Shown here in pieces: positions 31,089 through 40,726 of a stretch of 64,000 nucleotides of DNA. Position 1 is the stretch's first letter. Each line of letters starts with the position of its first letter. The notes under the pieces are model-generated. The model saw only the letters and a list, made by a program, of their open reading frames with translations. It was not told the origin of the DNA and searched no databases. The DNA is from a virus (lineage: Duplodnaviria; Caudoviricetes): positions 1 through 64,000 of IMG/VR virus record IMGVR_UViG_3300028832_000118; one strand, written 5' to 3'. Both the position numbers and the translations under genes were made by a program.

Positions 31089-32942
31089 TTATCCTATATT
31101 TTTAATGTACCAAACTGTGCCGTTATTGTATCTCTTATTAGTAGCCACTATCATATATAAAACACCATTAGATAATTGATATGTTTGTAAATATGAGGGG
31201 GTAGGAGAAACAAAATTATCTACTATATAGCCTCCATTAGATTGAAGGGTTGGAGGTGTGTTTGTTTCGGTAACTATCAAAAAAATTACCCTGCCGCCCG
31301 TGCCTTGTTTATATTGTGATGGCAAATATATATCACCATTACTGATGATATTACTTGGGTCGCTAATATGAACGAATGTTTCATCGCCTATCATATAAAT
31401 AGACAAATTAGGCAATACAAAAGTTGTCTTTAATGACAGCATGTCTGCTCTTAAATCTTGGAAGAAAGCATCGTAAATATCTATATTATTTGTGTAAATA
31501 GTAGCCCATTCTGTTAATGTTTGCGGCTTTTCTAAACGTGCTGAAATTGCAGCTGAGATTTCACCCACAAGTGCCGAATGTTGTTTACAAAGAGCAGCAA
31601 CACCTGATTTAATATTCCTGCCATAAGTACCAGTAGCATTATTTGTTAGAGCCCCTTTATATACAAAAGAACTCGCTCGGTCAAAAATATATGCGCCTTC
31701 ATTATTAGAATTAATTGTAATAAATCCAGGAAATAATGAAGTTGAATCTTTTATCATAATAGTACCTTCACCCAAACCCAAAGTAGTAATACCGCTTTTA
31801 GAGGTTACAACGCCATTTTCAATATCTCCAATCTGATTCAACTTACCCTGCAATTTTCCAAAGGCTAAATCAAAGTTGTCCAAAGCAGCTAAATTGTTTA
31901 TATGCTGCGTATAGTCTTCAGGATGCCAACCAGCGGATAAACAACCTATTGAACTAAAATGCTGCATAATGTATTGCAACTTTTGCAGAGCCGTTTGAAT
32001 AGTATCGTTATTATTTATCCATCCGTGATTATAATTATTATCCCAAGTTGGGTCAATGTCTATTCCCTTTGCGGTCTTAAAATTATTTATCCACCTTTGC
32101 GTTTTATTGACTATGGTCTGAAGCGTATCGTTTGAAATAATGTCGGATGGAGCAATATTAGTGTTTACGTTAGGCACTCGCTTGGAGTAGATATTAACGG
32201 GTGATACAGCGGTGTTTATATAAGAGGTTAATGTTGTAATGGAATTAGATACGGATGAAGCTATATTAGTTATTTGGCTTGAAAGGTTAGTTATATCCTG
32301 AATATAAGTGTCGTAAGCAACAACGCCACCTGCTATATCGTATATGTTGCTAATAGCGGTTGTTAAGTCTAAAAAGAAGCCTCCATCACTACCAAACGCC
32401 AGCGCATTATTATTATCACTGGAAAGTAGGTCGGCAAATTTTATCTTGATAAACCTCAATAAACCGCCAACCTTATCCTCTGCAAGCAGATATTGGTAAG
32501 AAGACAGGGGGGATGGATTATAAGGCTGGAAATCAAAATTTAGCGTGCCTGCATTAAATATGCCGTGTAAGTTATCAATAGTCAGATTATTAGTTGTTAC
32601 AATATATTGCTTGCTATTGCCCAAATCATCTAACACAATATTGCCCGTTATATCGGTATATTGCACGATGGTAGCGGTTAGGGCAATCGCCATCAGGTTT
32701 CCCAAATCGGTAATCTTAAACCACTGCCCAATCGTCAGACTATTCTGAGCTAAAATAACCAAGTTTGCATACGTAATGGATATTACGATATTTTGGTCAA
32801 GCACTACCCACTGACTTGAACCGAAATCGTAAACCTTATGCAAGTTTACACCTGGCGTATTATCAAACCAAATTAAATTAGTGTTAGTTGGGGCGGTGCT
32901 GCCTATATGCAAGCCCGCCACCTGACCTAAATTCAAAGCCAT
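31089..32942 (-). CDS. Fibre-like structural protein
   Basis: GSTAPTNTNLIWFD start; repeated DT(L/I)QT(A/I)xxKxQ trimer-type motifs; beta-rich C-terminus. Confidence 0.6.
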   Translation of the reverse strand: MALNLGQVAGLHIGSTAPTNTNLIWFDNTPGVNLHKVYDFGSSQWVVLDQNIVISITYANLVILAQNSLTIGQWFKITDLGNLMAIALTATIVQYTDITGNIVLDDLGNSKQYIVTTNNLTIDNLHGIFNAGTLNFDFQPYNPSPLSSYQYLLAEDKVGGLLRFIKIKFADLLSSDNNNALAFGSDGGFFLDLTTAISNIYDIAGGVVAYDTYIQDITNLSSQITNIASSVSNSITTLTSYINTAVSPVNIYSKRVPNVNTNIAPSDIISNDTLQTIVNKTQRWINNFKTAKGIDIDPTWDNNYNHGWINNNDTIQTALQKLQYIMQHFSSIGCLSAGWHPEDYTQHINNLAALDNFDLAFGKLQGKLNQIGDIENGVVTSKSGITTLGLGEGTIMIKDSTSLFPGFITINSNNEGAYIFDRASSFVYKGALTNNATGTYGRNIKSGVAALCKQHSALVGEISAAISARLEKPQTLTEWATIYTNNIDIYDAFFQDLRADMLSLKTTFVLPNLSIYMIGDETFVHISDPSNIISNGDIYLPSQYKQGTGGRVIFLIVTETNTPPTLQSNGGYIVDNFVSPTPSYLQTYQLSNGVLYMIVATNKRYNNGTVWYIKNIG

Positions 32943-32954
32943 TTTTATAAGGTT

Positions 32955-33212
32955 TTAACGTGAATAATTATAACTCGTTCTTTGGCTCCAAGCAAATTTG
33001 AATTCCATAGAGCCTTCAGCGTACTCACGTTTGGTGACATTCCCCGTAACGCTTTCACGCATAATTCTCCATCCTTCATCCCCCTCGCCTACTCCAAGAG
33101 GAGCCCAACCATAATATTTAACAGATGCAGAAACGACATCTTCAAAAGGTGCTGGCAGATATTCTTCAAAAGTTTTTACCAGCGGTGCTGCAATTTCATT
33201 CATTGTATTCAT
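32955..33212 (-). CDS. Small structural-type hypothetical protein
   Basis: YYGWAP..GWRIMR..FAWSQRTSYNY aromatic pattern; between portal and fibre. Confidence 0.5.
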   Translation of the reverse strand: MNTMNEIAAPLVKTFEEYLPAPFEDVVSASVKYYGWAPLGVGEGDEGWRIMRESVTGNVTKREYAEGSMEFKFAWSQRTSYNYSR

Positions 33213-34948
33213 TTTACATTATTTTTTAGAAAGTTATCAAATGCTTTTACTAATTCATCATCCTCTGCTTTTTCTTCATCCTCTCCATCCTCCTCATATT
33301 CACCTAAATCGTCAAAGGGGTTGTAGTCGCCTCCATCTTCGGTTTCCTCTCCCCCTTCTCCAACAAAGGGATTATCATAACCACCTTCATCTTCGCCTCC
33401 CCCCATCATACCGCCTCCCTGCTGCTGGGCAAAAGCTGCCTGACTCTTTGCCTGCATATAGGTTGGGTTACTCGGTATATCACCAAACTCCAGCGGCTCT
33501 AAATCGTATTTTTCACGCAATTCGTTTATGGTCATAAATGATTGACCCTTCTTTATATCTATATCAAGTTCTTCACTAATAGTTAATCCGTTAAGCCCAA
33601 CAAAACAAAATTCAAATTCGGGGTTTATCTGCTCTACAATATAGCGGTTAATTTTCTTTTGTATAAATTTCAATAACGGATACAATCCTTTATCCTTACT
33701 ATGTTTCAGTCGCTGCTCCTGACTGCTCTCAAACATTCCCGTGCTGCCTGCTGAGCGTGCAATATCCCATCCTATCTCGGTTGGGTCAATAGCGTAAATT
33801 GAGCAAGCTAATTTTATCAGATACTCTAACCAAGCGTTGTACTCCATATCTCGGTTAGATTTTTGCATATCAATCCAATCAACGTCAGCTTCTACTACGG
33901 GTGTTTTCCAAGCCTGCATAACTCCCGTAATCATTGACTGCCACTGCTGACGGAATTGCTGTAACGCTGATTCATTATTCGTACCCTTGACTCTCAAAAA
34001 TCCCTTCGGGGCTGAACCTTGTGAAAAGAAGCGTCTATTGTATTCATCGCTCCACAACATACTCGTTACTACGTTTATCAGCTCTTCCAGCTCTGAGCAT
34101 CCGTACCCGTTAGAATGAATATTAGAGCTTGGGTTTCTGATACCAAAGCAAAGCTCCCAGGGATAAAAGTCATTAACCTTTACACTCTGATAAACCTGCA
34201 CATAGGAGGGATAATAACCATTTATCTTTTTGCCGTATTCAGCCCTATCATCCCAAACCATAGAGCCGTAACGCTTAAAAAATTCATTCTTGTAATCCTC
34301 GCTGAAATATGAGTCTGCAATTCGGAAAGTAGAAGCATCCACCGCCTTAAATGAATCAATCTCACCCCTTCGGTTTCGGATAATCTCAAAGGTCATCTGG
34401 TCGTAAATAAGTGAATCATTAGTTATCTTTCGGATAAAGGTATCAAAATCATCATTATTCCAATTGCTCGTATTTCCGCCATTCATCAAAAAATTAGTTA
34501 TAGCATCAGCAGTTTTTTCATCCTCCTTCGTCATTTTCTGCTCTTTCCCCATCTTGGGTTTCTTTCGGATAATAAAACCTGTTGAATATCTATTTTCCTG
34601 CGGCTCGGCAAAGTCAGCAATTTGATTTTTTCGTGTTTTAATAATAGCGTTAATCACGGGTACTTTGCTCATTTTCAACAGCGTGGTATAGGTGAGTGAA
34701 TACGGCTTATCCTTATAACCCAAATTAGCATTAAATTGTAATGGGTCAATTAAATAAGCCTTCGTTGGTACGCTATTATTCTTATCCATTTCCTGAAGCA
34801 TCTTACCAGCCCTAATAATATCATCGGGGTTGCTGCTCTTCATCGCTTTCTCAATAGTCAGCATCCGCTTCACGTCCAGCTCTGCCTGCGTTTTGGATAT
34901 ATTATCTAATTCCTTTGAATACGACATCTTAATATTTTTTTTACTCAT
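33209..34948 (-). CDS. Portal protein
   Basis: GYGCSELEEL, NRRFFSQGSAPKGFL, WKTPVV, MQKSNRDMEY, MTINELR motifs. Confidence 0.92.
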   Translation of the reverse strand: MSKKNIKMSYSKELDNISKTQAELDVKRMLTIEKAMKSSNPDDIIRAGKMLQEMDKNNSVPTKAYLIDPLQFNANLGYKDKPYSLTYTTLLKMSKVPVINAIIKTRKNQIADFAEPQENRYSTGFIIRKKPKMGKEQKMTKEDEKTADAITNFLMNGGNTSNWNNDDFDTFIRKITNDSLIYDQMTFEIIRNRRGEIDSFKAVDASTFRIADSYFSEDYKNEFFKRYGSMVWDDRAEYGKKINGYYPSYVQVYQSVKVNDFYPWELCFGIRNPSSNIHSNGYGCSELEELINVVTSMLWSDEYNRRFFSQGSAPKGFLRVKGTNNESALQQFRQQWQSMITGVMQAWKTPVVEADVDWIDMQKSNRDMEYNAWLEYLIKLACSIYAIDPTEIGWDIARSAGSTGMFESSQEQRLKHSKDKGLYPLLKFIQKKINRYIVEQINPEFEFCFVGLNGLTISEELDIDIKKGQSFMTINELREKYDLEPLEFGDIPSNPTYMQAKSQAAFAQQQGGGMMGGGEDEGGYDNPFVGEGGEETEDGGDYNPFDDLGEYEEDGEDEEKAEDDELVKAFDNFLKNNVK

Positions 34949-34955
34949 TATATAA

Positions 34956-34986
34956 CTGAAAAAGCCGATTAACGACTAATCGGCTT
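34956..34986 (-). terminator. Intrinsic terminator between methylase and portal
   Basis: Stem AAGCCGATTA/TAATCGGCTT then TTT on minus strand. Confidence 0.7.
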
Positions 34987-35012
34987 GTATGATTGTAAAA
35001 AGTATGAGTTGA

Positions 35013-35849
35013 TTATCTTTTAGGGATAAAGAGTTTTTCAATTGTCAGATTTGAGTTATTTTTTGCAAAACTACATTCTTTATAAATCTTTTTAACACAT
35101 ACAAAATCATTTGGCATATCATACTCAGAAATAAAAATATTATTCTGATTTTTAGCCCACTTATAAAATTTTTCATAATCAAAATCCATACCATAATCAA
35201 AAGTTCCTTTATACGGAATATCGCAATATATAACACTATTTTCAGGAATTGGCACTAAATCATATTGAGTTGAATAGAATTTAATATTTTTATTTTTCAA
35301 TTCAATGAGATTGTTGAGCCTTCGCAATTTTTCAATGTGCAACATTCTCTTTCCGCTAACACTTCTTATTATTTTCTCCCTATCTTGATAGTTTACAACC
35401 TTATTTAAGGTTTTATTCAGTTTCAAAGATAAACGGATATCAATTTTATTTAGAAGCCTAAAATCATTAAAAAAAAGCACATAATGCAAAGCCCTTTCTA
35501 TTACTTCATAACCTTCTCCATACATATAGTCTTTCCCATTACTACCAAAACTCCATAAATATCTTACAAATGGGTCATAAGTCTTCAATTTATGAAATAC
35601 GTTCCTTGATATATATGCTCTTTTATTTTGATACCTGCCATTAATGGCGTTCTTCAAAAACGATATTGACATTAAATTCAAATCGTTCACAATTACCCTA
35701 TTGTATTTGCCACTTAAAACTGCATAATGCGCTACGCTCCCCCCCCCCGTGAATAAATCTACAAAACAATCGGCTTTCGGAAAAACATCAAATAAATCTT
35801 TCAAAATTTTAGTTTTTCCACCAACCCATTCTATTCCATAACTTTTCAT
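35013..35849 (-). CDS. DNA adenine methyltransferase (Dam/D12-like)
   Basis: WVGGKT, DLFTGGGSV (motif I), YCDIPY (DPPY variant), FISEY. Confidence 0.85.
   Translation of the reverse strand: MKSYGIEWVGGKTKILKDLFDVFPKADCFVDLFTGGGSVAHYAVLSGKYNRVIVNDLNLMSISFLKNAINGRYQNKRAYISRNVFHKLKTYDPFVRYLWSFGSNGKDYMYGEGYEVIERALHYVLFFNDFRLLNKIDIRLSLKLNKTLNKVVNYQDREKIIRSVSGKRMLHIEKLRRLNNLIELKNKNIKFYSTQYDLVPIPENSVIYCDIPYKGTFDYGMDFDYEKFYKWAKNQNNIFISEYDMPNDFVCVKKIYKECSFAKNNSNLTIEKLFIPKR
35739..35748 (-). repeat. G10 homopolymer inside methylase motif I
   Basis: C10 on plus strand; codons ACG GGG GGG GGG AGC. Confidence 0.95.
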
Positions 35850-35852
35850 ATT

Positions 35853-36170
35853 CTAATCCTCCACCTTCAAAATTTTGCGTTCAATCTTCTTTTGCATCGT
35901 TCTATCAAATACAACCATTTTTTCGTCTATTCTGCTAACTAAAATAATCGGCTCGCATAAATATTCATAAAGGGATATTTCATTAGTGAATGACGTTATT
36001 TCACCCCCCTCCGCTATCTCTTCAAATAACTTATCAAAATTCTCTATGCTAATACCATCCTCCAGCTCTTTTCGACTAACGTAACAAAGGCGGTTGACGG
36101 ATGTATCAAGCTCGGTCGCTATTATTTGGATGTCAAAATCTAATTCCTGATAATCTTTCAAAAATTTCAT
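35853..36170 (-). CDS. Hypothetical protein
   Basis: 105 aa, translationally coupled to neighbours. Confidence 0.55.
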   Translation of the reverse strand: MKFLKDYQELDFDIQIIATELDTSVNRLCYVSRKELEDGISIENFDKLFEEIAEGGEITSFTNEISLYEYLCEPIILVSRIDEKMVVFDRTMQKKIERKILKVED

Positions 36171-37252
36171 AACGATAATACTTTTGTTTTTGGTACAAAT
36201 TTACTTCTTTGCTTTCCCTCCCCTATCTGCATTTTCCAATACTTTTGAAATTCACAAAGCCACATTTCAATCTGATGTAACGTAATATTGCAAACCCCCG
36301 TTGTATAATATTCACCATAAACCTTATTCCAATATAAATATGGAAAATTCTCACCCCTTCTATCCGCAATTTCCTTCAGCTCTTTTTTAGCTAAATCTCT
36401 CAACCAATAAATTGCCTGCTTCTGCTCTTTTATGGTATTCAAGCTCGGATAAATCAATCTAATGCCTATGCTGGCGCCTGGCCCAACGTTGGTATAGTCG
36501 TTTTGGTCAAAACGCATAAAGGTACGTTTGGTATATCTTGGTATATAAGTCAAATCCTGATAAAGCTCGTGCGAAATAAAAGACGCTACAGTTGGTATAG
36601 TGTTAAGCTCTTCAATAAGCTCTTCAGCCGTACTGCAATTAGTAATAACATCGTAAATTTCGGGAATTTTATCGTGAAGGGCTGGCAGCGCAATACGTGT
36701 ATATACATAATCCCGTTTCTCGTGGGGAGCGCACGCTGAATTGATTAAATAAGCGTTTGTAAATGGGTTTTGACCGCTCGCTCGCACCCCGTTTATAAAT
36801 TTTTCAAATTCCAGCTCGTCATACTCATCATAATCGGGTATTCCATTTTTCCATCGGTAGGAGGGAATAAACTCAGTGTTTTGATTGAATAAATCCCGTT
36901 TAATATTCTTTGGATGGAATGTAAAGGTTTCGGGATTATTAAACAATCTATAAACCATCATCTTCCAAATAAGATTAAGGTCATCCAACCCGTCATCCAA
37001 AATAATAGTGCTAATTAAAAATTGACTGCTCCTATCTAATTCCCTATACACGTTGGTGAATTTAGAATTACGCAAAATTGGGTCATCCGTCCAAGGTGCT
37101 GGCACTTTATCTAAAAAGCGTTTTTTCCAAATCATCTGCCGCTCGTACATTTTTTCAAAAAACAGTTTCAAGTGCGGCTCGTAAACTTCTAAATTTTCAT
37201 CAGGCAGTTTATCTGCCCAGCTGTAACAATTCCAATTCATAACTTTTACCAA
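36167..37252 (-). CDS. Amino acid:DNA transferase (aGPT-Pplase1 family) for thymidine hypermodification
   Basis: ERQMIW..PWTDDPIL..KFTNVYRELDR; VGPGA; EMWLCEFQKY..G.G..R. Confidence 0.8.
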   Translation of the reverse strand: MVKVMNWNCYSWADKLPDENLEVYEPHLKLFFEKMYERQMIWKKRFLDKVPAPWTDDPILRNSKFTNVYRELDRSSQFLISTIILDDGLDDLNLIWKMMVYRLFNNPETFTFHPKNIKRDLFNQNTEFIPSYRWKNGIPDYDEYDELEFEKFINGVRASGQNPFTNAYLINSACAPHEKRDYVYTRIALPALHDKIPEIYDVITNCSTAEELIEELNTIPTVASFISHELYQDLTYIPRYTKRTFMRFDQNDYTNVGPGASIGIRLIYPSLNTIKEQKQAIYWLRDLAKKELKEIADRRGENFPYLYWNKVYGEYYTTGVCNITLHQIEMWLCEFQKYWKMQIGEGKQRSKFVPKTKVLSL

Positions 37253-37890
37253 TTCATTTTATTAACAAATTCATTTATACCCTTACGATGAATTTCCACA
37301 ATGGCATTCGTTCCCTCCTTGGATAATAAAAACCTTACCTCATCTATACAATCCTGAAACATATTCTCGGTTAGTACGGCTGGGCAGTTTGGAATTTGGC
37401 ACATCGCAAATTTCGCCTCATAGTCATCATCGCCATCACTGCGGTCTTTTCTCGTTTTTTGCCCCAGTGGGGTTAGCACCTCTACAGCGGCATCGTATAA
37501 GCACTGGGCCAGCTTATCAGAATTGTTTTGCCCAGGTGTAGTCCATACTGACCACCCGTATGCCTTTTTCCACTCTTTACCGCTCCCAGCAGCATTATTA
37601 TGTATAGATATGGATAAAGTATGTTTACCAACCTTCTTTGCCTCTTTAACTGCTGCATTTATCCTGCGTCCACGCTCTGCTAATGTTACGTCATTCAATT
37701 CAGGTGTAATAATCTTTACTTCATACCCCTCATCCTTCAATACATCTGCAAGCATTCTAACGATTTCACGACAATACATATATTCACGGAAAGGTAGGGT
37801 TGGTGGTACCTTATTAGCTGACCACGGACTACGCTTTCCAGCTGTATCCTCTCCGTGCCCATTATCAAGACAAATTACTACATTTTTCAT
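37246..37890 (-). CDS. N-acetylmuramoyl-L-alanine amidase (Amidase_3 endolysin)
   Basis: LDNGHG, E of FREY, SIHNNA, AVLTENMF zinc/catalytic motifs. Confidence 0.92.
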   Translation of the reverse strand: MKNVVICLDNGHGEDTAGKRSPWSANKVPPTLPFREYMYCREIVRMLADVLKDEGYEVKIITPELNDVTLAERGRRINAAVKEAKKVGKHTLSISIHNNAAGSGKEWKKAYGWSVWTTPGQNNSDKLAQCLYDAAVEVLTPLGQKTRKDRSDGDDDYEAKFAMCQIPNCPAVLTENMFQDCIDEVRFLLSKEGTNAIVEIHRKGINEFVNKMNW

Positions 37891-37892
37891 AA

Positions 37893-38192
37893 TTATAATT
37901 TTTTCAAGTTTATCCTTATTTTCAACTCCCTACGTGCTTCCACATTCTTTTTAGCTACTAATTTCAAAAGCGTAATTTTATCTAATTTTTTCAAGCTACG
38001 CTTACTCGCCAAAAAGAGTTCAGCCATAGGCTCGTATATATTAACTCTGTTCGCCAAGCCACTATCCCTATCGGAATAATAGCAATGAAGCATGGGACAA
38101 TATTCACTGCCTATTATCGCTAAAACCTTAAACAACTGCCTTCCAAATAGCTTCGGGCATCTTATTACATCACCCTCCTTAAAAAACCTCAT
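37893..38192 (-). CDS. Hypothetical protein
   Basis: 99 aa, FKEGDVIR KOW/SH3-like start. Confidence 0.5.
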   Translation of the reverse strand: MRFFKEGDVIRCPKLFGRQLFKVLAIIGSEYCPMLHCYYSDRDSGLANRVNIYEPMAELFLASKRSLKKLDKITLLKLVAKKNVEARRELKIRINLKKL

Positions 38193-38200
38193 AATGCGTT

Positions 38201-39016
38201 CTATCTATTATAAATTAGTTCATTATCAAAGGTTTGATTATCAAAGATAAAATGCGCCTTACGTGCTAATACGTTAATAGGCATCTGCTTCAGCTTCTCA
38301 TCGTCAAATCCGCAAAATTTACTCTCCCTTACTTTCATCAACTCCCTATTTACGTCAATGACGTGATAGACGGGATAGTGAGAATATCTGATTGTTATAC
38401 TTACGTTAGCAGCTGGGTCATTTACATCCTTCATATCAATATACGTCAAAATGTTCTCGTTAAACACTATCGTATTTTTATCAACTTCATAATCATCCCC
38501 TTCTTTTAACTCTTTTAACGCTGTATTATCGCTAACGAAAAGAGCCATGCGACTAATTTTCAAGGGTTCATAAATCGGATATGCTATCAACTGTCCCTGC
38601 CAAATAACGGGGTTCAAAACCTCGCTATACCACTCTTCCAGCTGCAACAAAATAATCCTATCCATAAACCCAAGTTTATCCGCTCCCTTGGTAGTAATAG
38701 AGGCGGTGCCACGATTTACTTCACTCCAATCCTGATAATGCTTCTTGCTATCCATATGCTGCGCCACTACCCTCGTTTCAGTTCTATCGGTAAACAACCA
38801 GCCTCTTCCAAGACAATTCTTACAAGTGCTCATAGCCTGCCCAGTCGCCTTATCAGTACAAGGGCATCGCATCGCCTTATCAATATACGCATCATAACCA
38901 TGCGCCTGAATTAACTCTTCAAAATCCCTAACTCTCCAACCTATTCTTGGGTCAACCAAGGTAGCTGGAGTTTGATGAATAACGGGTGGATTAGTAACTA
39001 TGCTTTTGCCTTCCAT
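38201..39016 (-). CDS. Neck/head-tail connector protein
   Basis: CPC..TG..CKNCLGRGW zinc motif seen in SPO1/Twort-type neck proteins. Confidence 0.65.
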   Translation of the reverse strand: MEGKSIVTNPPVIHQTPATLVDPRIGWRVRDFEELIQAHGYDAYIDKAMRCPCTDKATGQAMSTCKNCLGRGWLFTDRTETRVVAQHMDSKKHYQDWSEVNRGTASITTKGADKLGFMDRIILLQLEEWYSEVLNPVIWQGQLIAYPIYEPLKISRMALFVSDNTALKELKEGDDYEVDKNTIVFNENILTYIDMKDVNDPAANVSITIRYSHYPVYHVIDVNRELMKVRESKFCGFDDEKLKQMPINVLARKAHFIFDNQTFDNELIYNR

Positions 39017-39017
39017 T

Positions 39018-39818
39018 TTACAAAATTTTATCTAAATACTCACTAACTAAATTTTCAACAATAGTATCAACATCAACCTGCTCATACGCTTTTTCGGCTA
39101 AATGGCGGGCTTCTATGCCTTTATGTATCCAGCTCAATGGGTCTGAATTTTTGCCTGCTCTCCTAAACGTACCATAGGTATTTTGTTGGACGCTGCCATA
39201 GGTAGCAGTCTTTTTAATCATTCCCTCAAAGATAGAATTTTTGTGCCTATATTCTGCATATAAGAGCTGATTATTTTGATAGATAGCCTCCCTTGAACGG
39301 GGTACATCGTGAGGGCTTGGAATTTCTGATTTAAGCAATGGAGAGCCTGCAAACTTACCCTTTATTACATTATAAACACTCATCGGCATTTCAGCCGAAA
39401 AACCAGCTTGTCCCACTATTCCTGGCGTACCTATGCGGAATGGGATAGTAAGATACCAATCTCCACCTGCTGAAATCATATTCCCCTTACGGCTGTATTT
39501 CGGTATAGTGTATTGAACCGCTTGGGATTTTTTGAACCCTTCTTTGAGGTCAAACGGGGCTGCACCCTGCTCAACCATATTTGGTACAACCCCCGTAAGT
39601 ACAATATTTTTTTCTAATTTCCCCTTATCTACGATATTCAGATTTTGCAAGTATTCTGGCAAAGTGGATTTTAATTCCTTCTTTGCCATCGCTTCCCATA
39701 ACGAATAAATTTCACCAGCAACCGCATTTATACAACTTTCGGTCAATACGTCTATTTCGTTTGCCGTAAGTCCAAATTGTTGCTGCAATCTCGTTAAATC
39801 TATCGTTATTGGAGACAT
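39018..39818 (-). CDS. Neck/tail-completion-like protein
   Basis: NMVEQGAAPFDLK, WYLTIPFR, TFRRAG..SWIHKG pattern. Confidence 0.6.
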   Translation of the reverse strand: MSPITIDLTRLQQQFGLTANEIDVLTESCINAVAGEIYSLWEAMAKKELKSTLPEYLQNLNIVDKGKLEKNIVLTGVVPNMVEQGAAPFDLKEGFKKSQAVQYTIPKYSRKGNMISAGGDWYLTIPFRIGTPGIVGQAGFSAEMPMSVYNVIKGKFAGSPLLKSEIPSPHDVPRSREAIYQNNQLLYAEYRHKNSIFEGMIKKTATYGSVQQNTYGTFRRAGKNSDPLSWIHKGIEARHLAEKAYEQVDVDTIVENLVSEYLDKIL

Positions 39819-39821
39819 AAT

Positions 39822-40009
39822 TTACAAATCTTTATATTCATATTTTCCAATTCTAACTTTTTGCCCCAAAAAATTAGTAGTATATTCTTCAAACTCTTCA
39901 ATTTTATCACCCGTAATTAAATAATTACTATTTTTTGCTAATCGGTAGAAAAAGATTTAATTATGTTCTCCTGAACTGATAATCTATGTAATTGTATTAA
40001 ATTTTTCAT
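39822..40009 (-). pseudogene. Leader-only or frameshifted cargo gene remnant
   Basis: ATG at 40009 gives MKNLIQLHRLSVQENIIKSFSTD* (TAG 39938-39940); -1 frame stays open to TAA at 39822. Confidence 0.6.
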
Positions 40010-40015
40010 AAGATT

Positions 40016-40693
40016 TTATTTTGCATAATCCTCTTTTATCATATCAAAATCTACATCAAAACCATAATTCCAATTGGGCGTACTCTTTTTTATTTTGAAA
40101 AACGTATCTTTATCAAGTTTTCCATCTTTAATCAATTTACCAATTTTTTTATAAAATTTAACATCAGCCGCTAATGCCGCATCTTGGTCAAAATTATCGT
40201 CTTTATCATACGCTTTATCATAATCTTTTTCCAATTGAGAAAAAGCAGCTTTCAAGTCATTAACAACCTTATTATCGTCATCGCCATTATCCTTTCTCTC
40301 GTTACCCTCCTTCGGCACAACCATCTTTCCGCCTCCCTTTATATCATAATTGCCATCCTTCTCGTTCCATTTCTCATCGGGGTCAAAACCTAATTCCTCA
40401 AAAAAATCCTCCTTAATTTTCTTACCATTTTTATCGTAAATCTCAACCCAAGCATCCTCATCCTGCAATTGCATACCACGAGGCACTTTTACAGAAGCGG
40501 TTTTTTCTTTCCCCTCTTTTTTCTTAATTACTCTCCAATCAAATTTTCCTGGTGCATATTCAGTCCAAACCTTTTTACCATCGCTGCTAATATCTCCAGC
40601 GACACGGGCTTTTTCAATATCTGCTCCAAAACTCTTTTTCAAACACTCCGCAACCATTCTGCGGTGGCTACTAATAATGTCGTTAATTTCCAT
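40016..40693 (-). CDS. Leader/Trp-module putative cargo protein, unknown acidic payload
   Basis: LKKSFGADIEKARVAGD..VWTEYAPGKFDWRVIKKKEG. Confidence 0.7.
   Translation of the reverse strand: MEINDIISSHRRMVAECLKKSFGADIEKARVAGDISSDGKKVWTEYAPGKFDWRVIKKKEGKEKTASVKVPRGMQLQDEDAWVEIYDKNGKKIKEDFFEELGFDPDEKWNEKDGNYDIKGGGKMVVPKEGNERKDNGDDDNKVVNDLKAAFSQLEKDYDKAYDKDDNFDQDAALAADVKFYKKIGKLIKDGKLDKDTFFKIKKSTPNWNYGFDVDFDMIKEDYAK
40512..40546. repeat. 35 nt exact direct repeat, copy 1
   Basis: CCCTCTTTTTTCTTAATTACTCTCCAATCAAATTT, identical at 41211-41245. Confidence 0.9.
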
Positions 40694-40726
40694 AATGTAT
40701 AAAGTTTTATTATTGTTTTATTTTTA

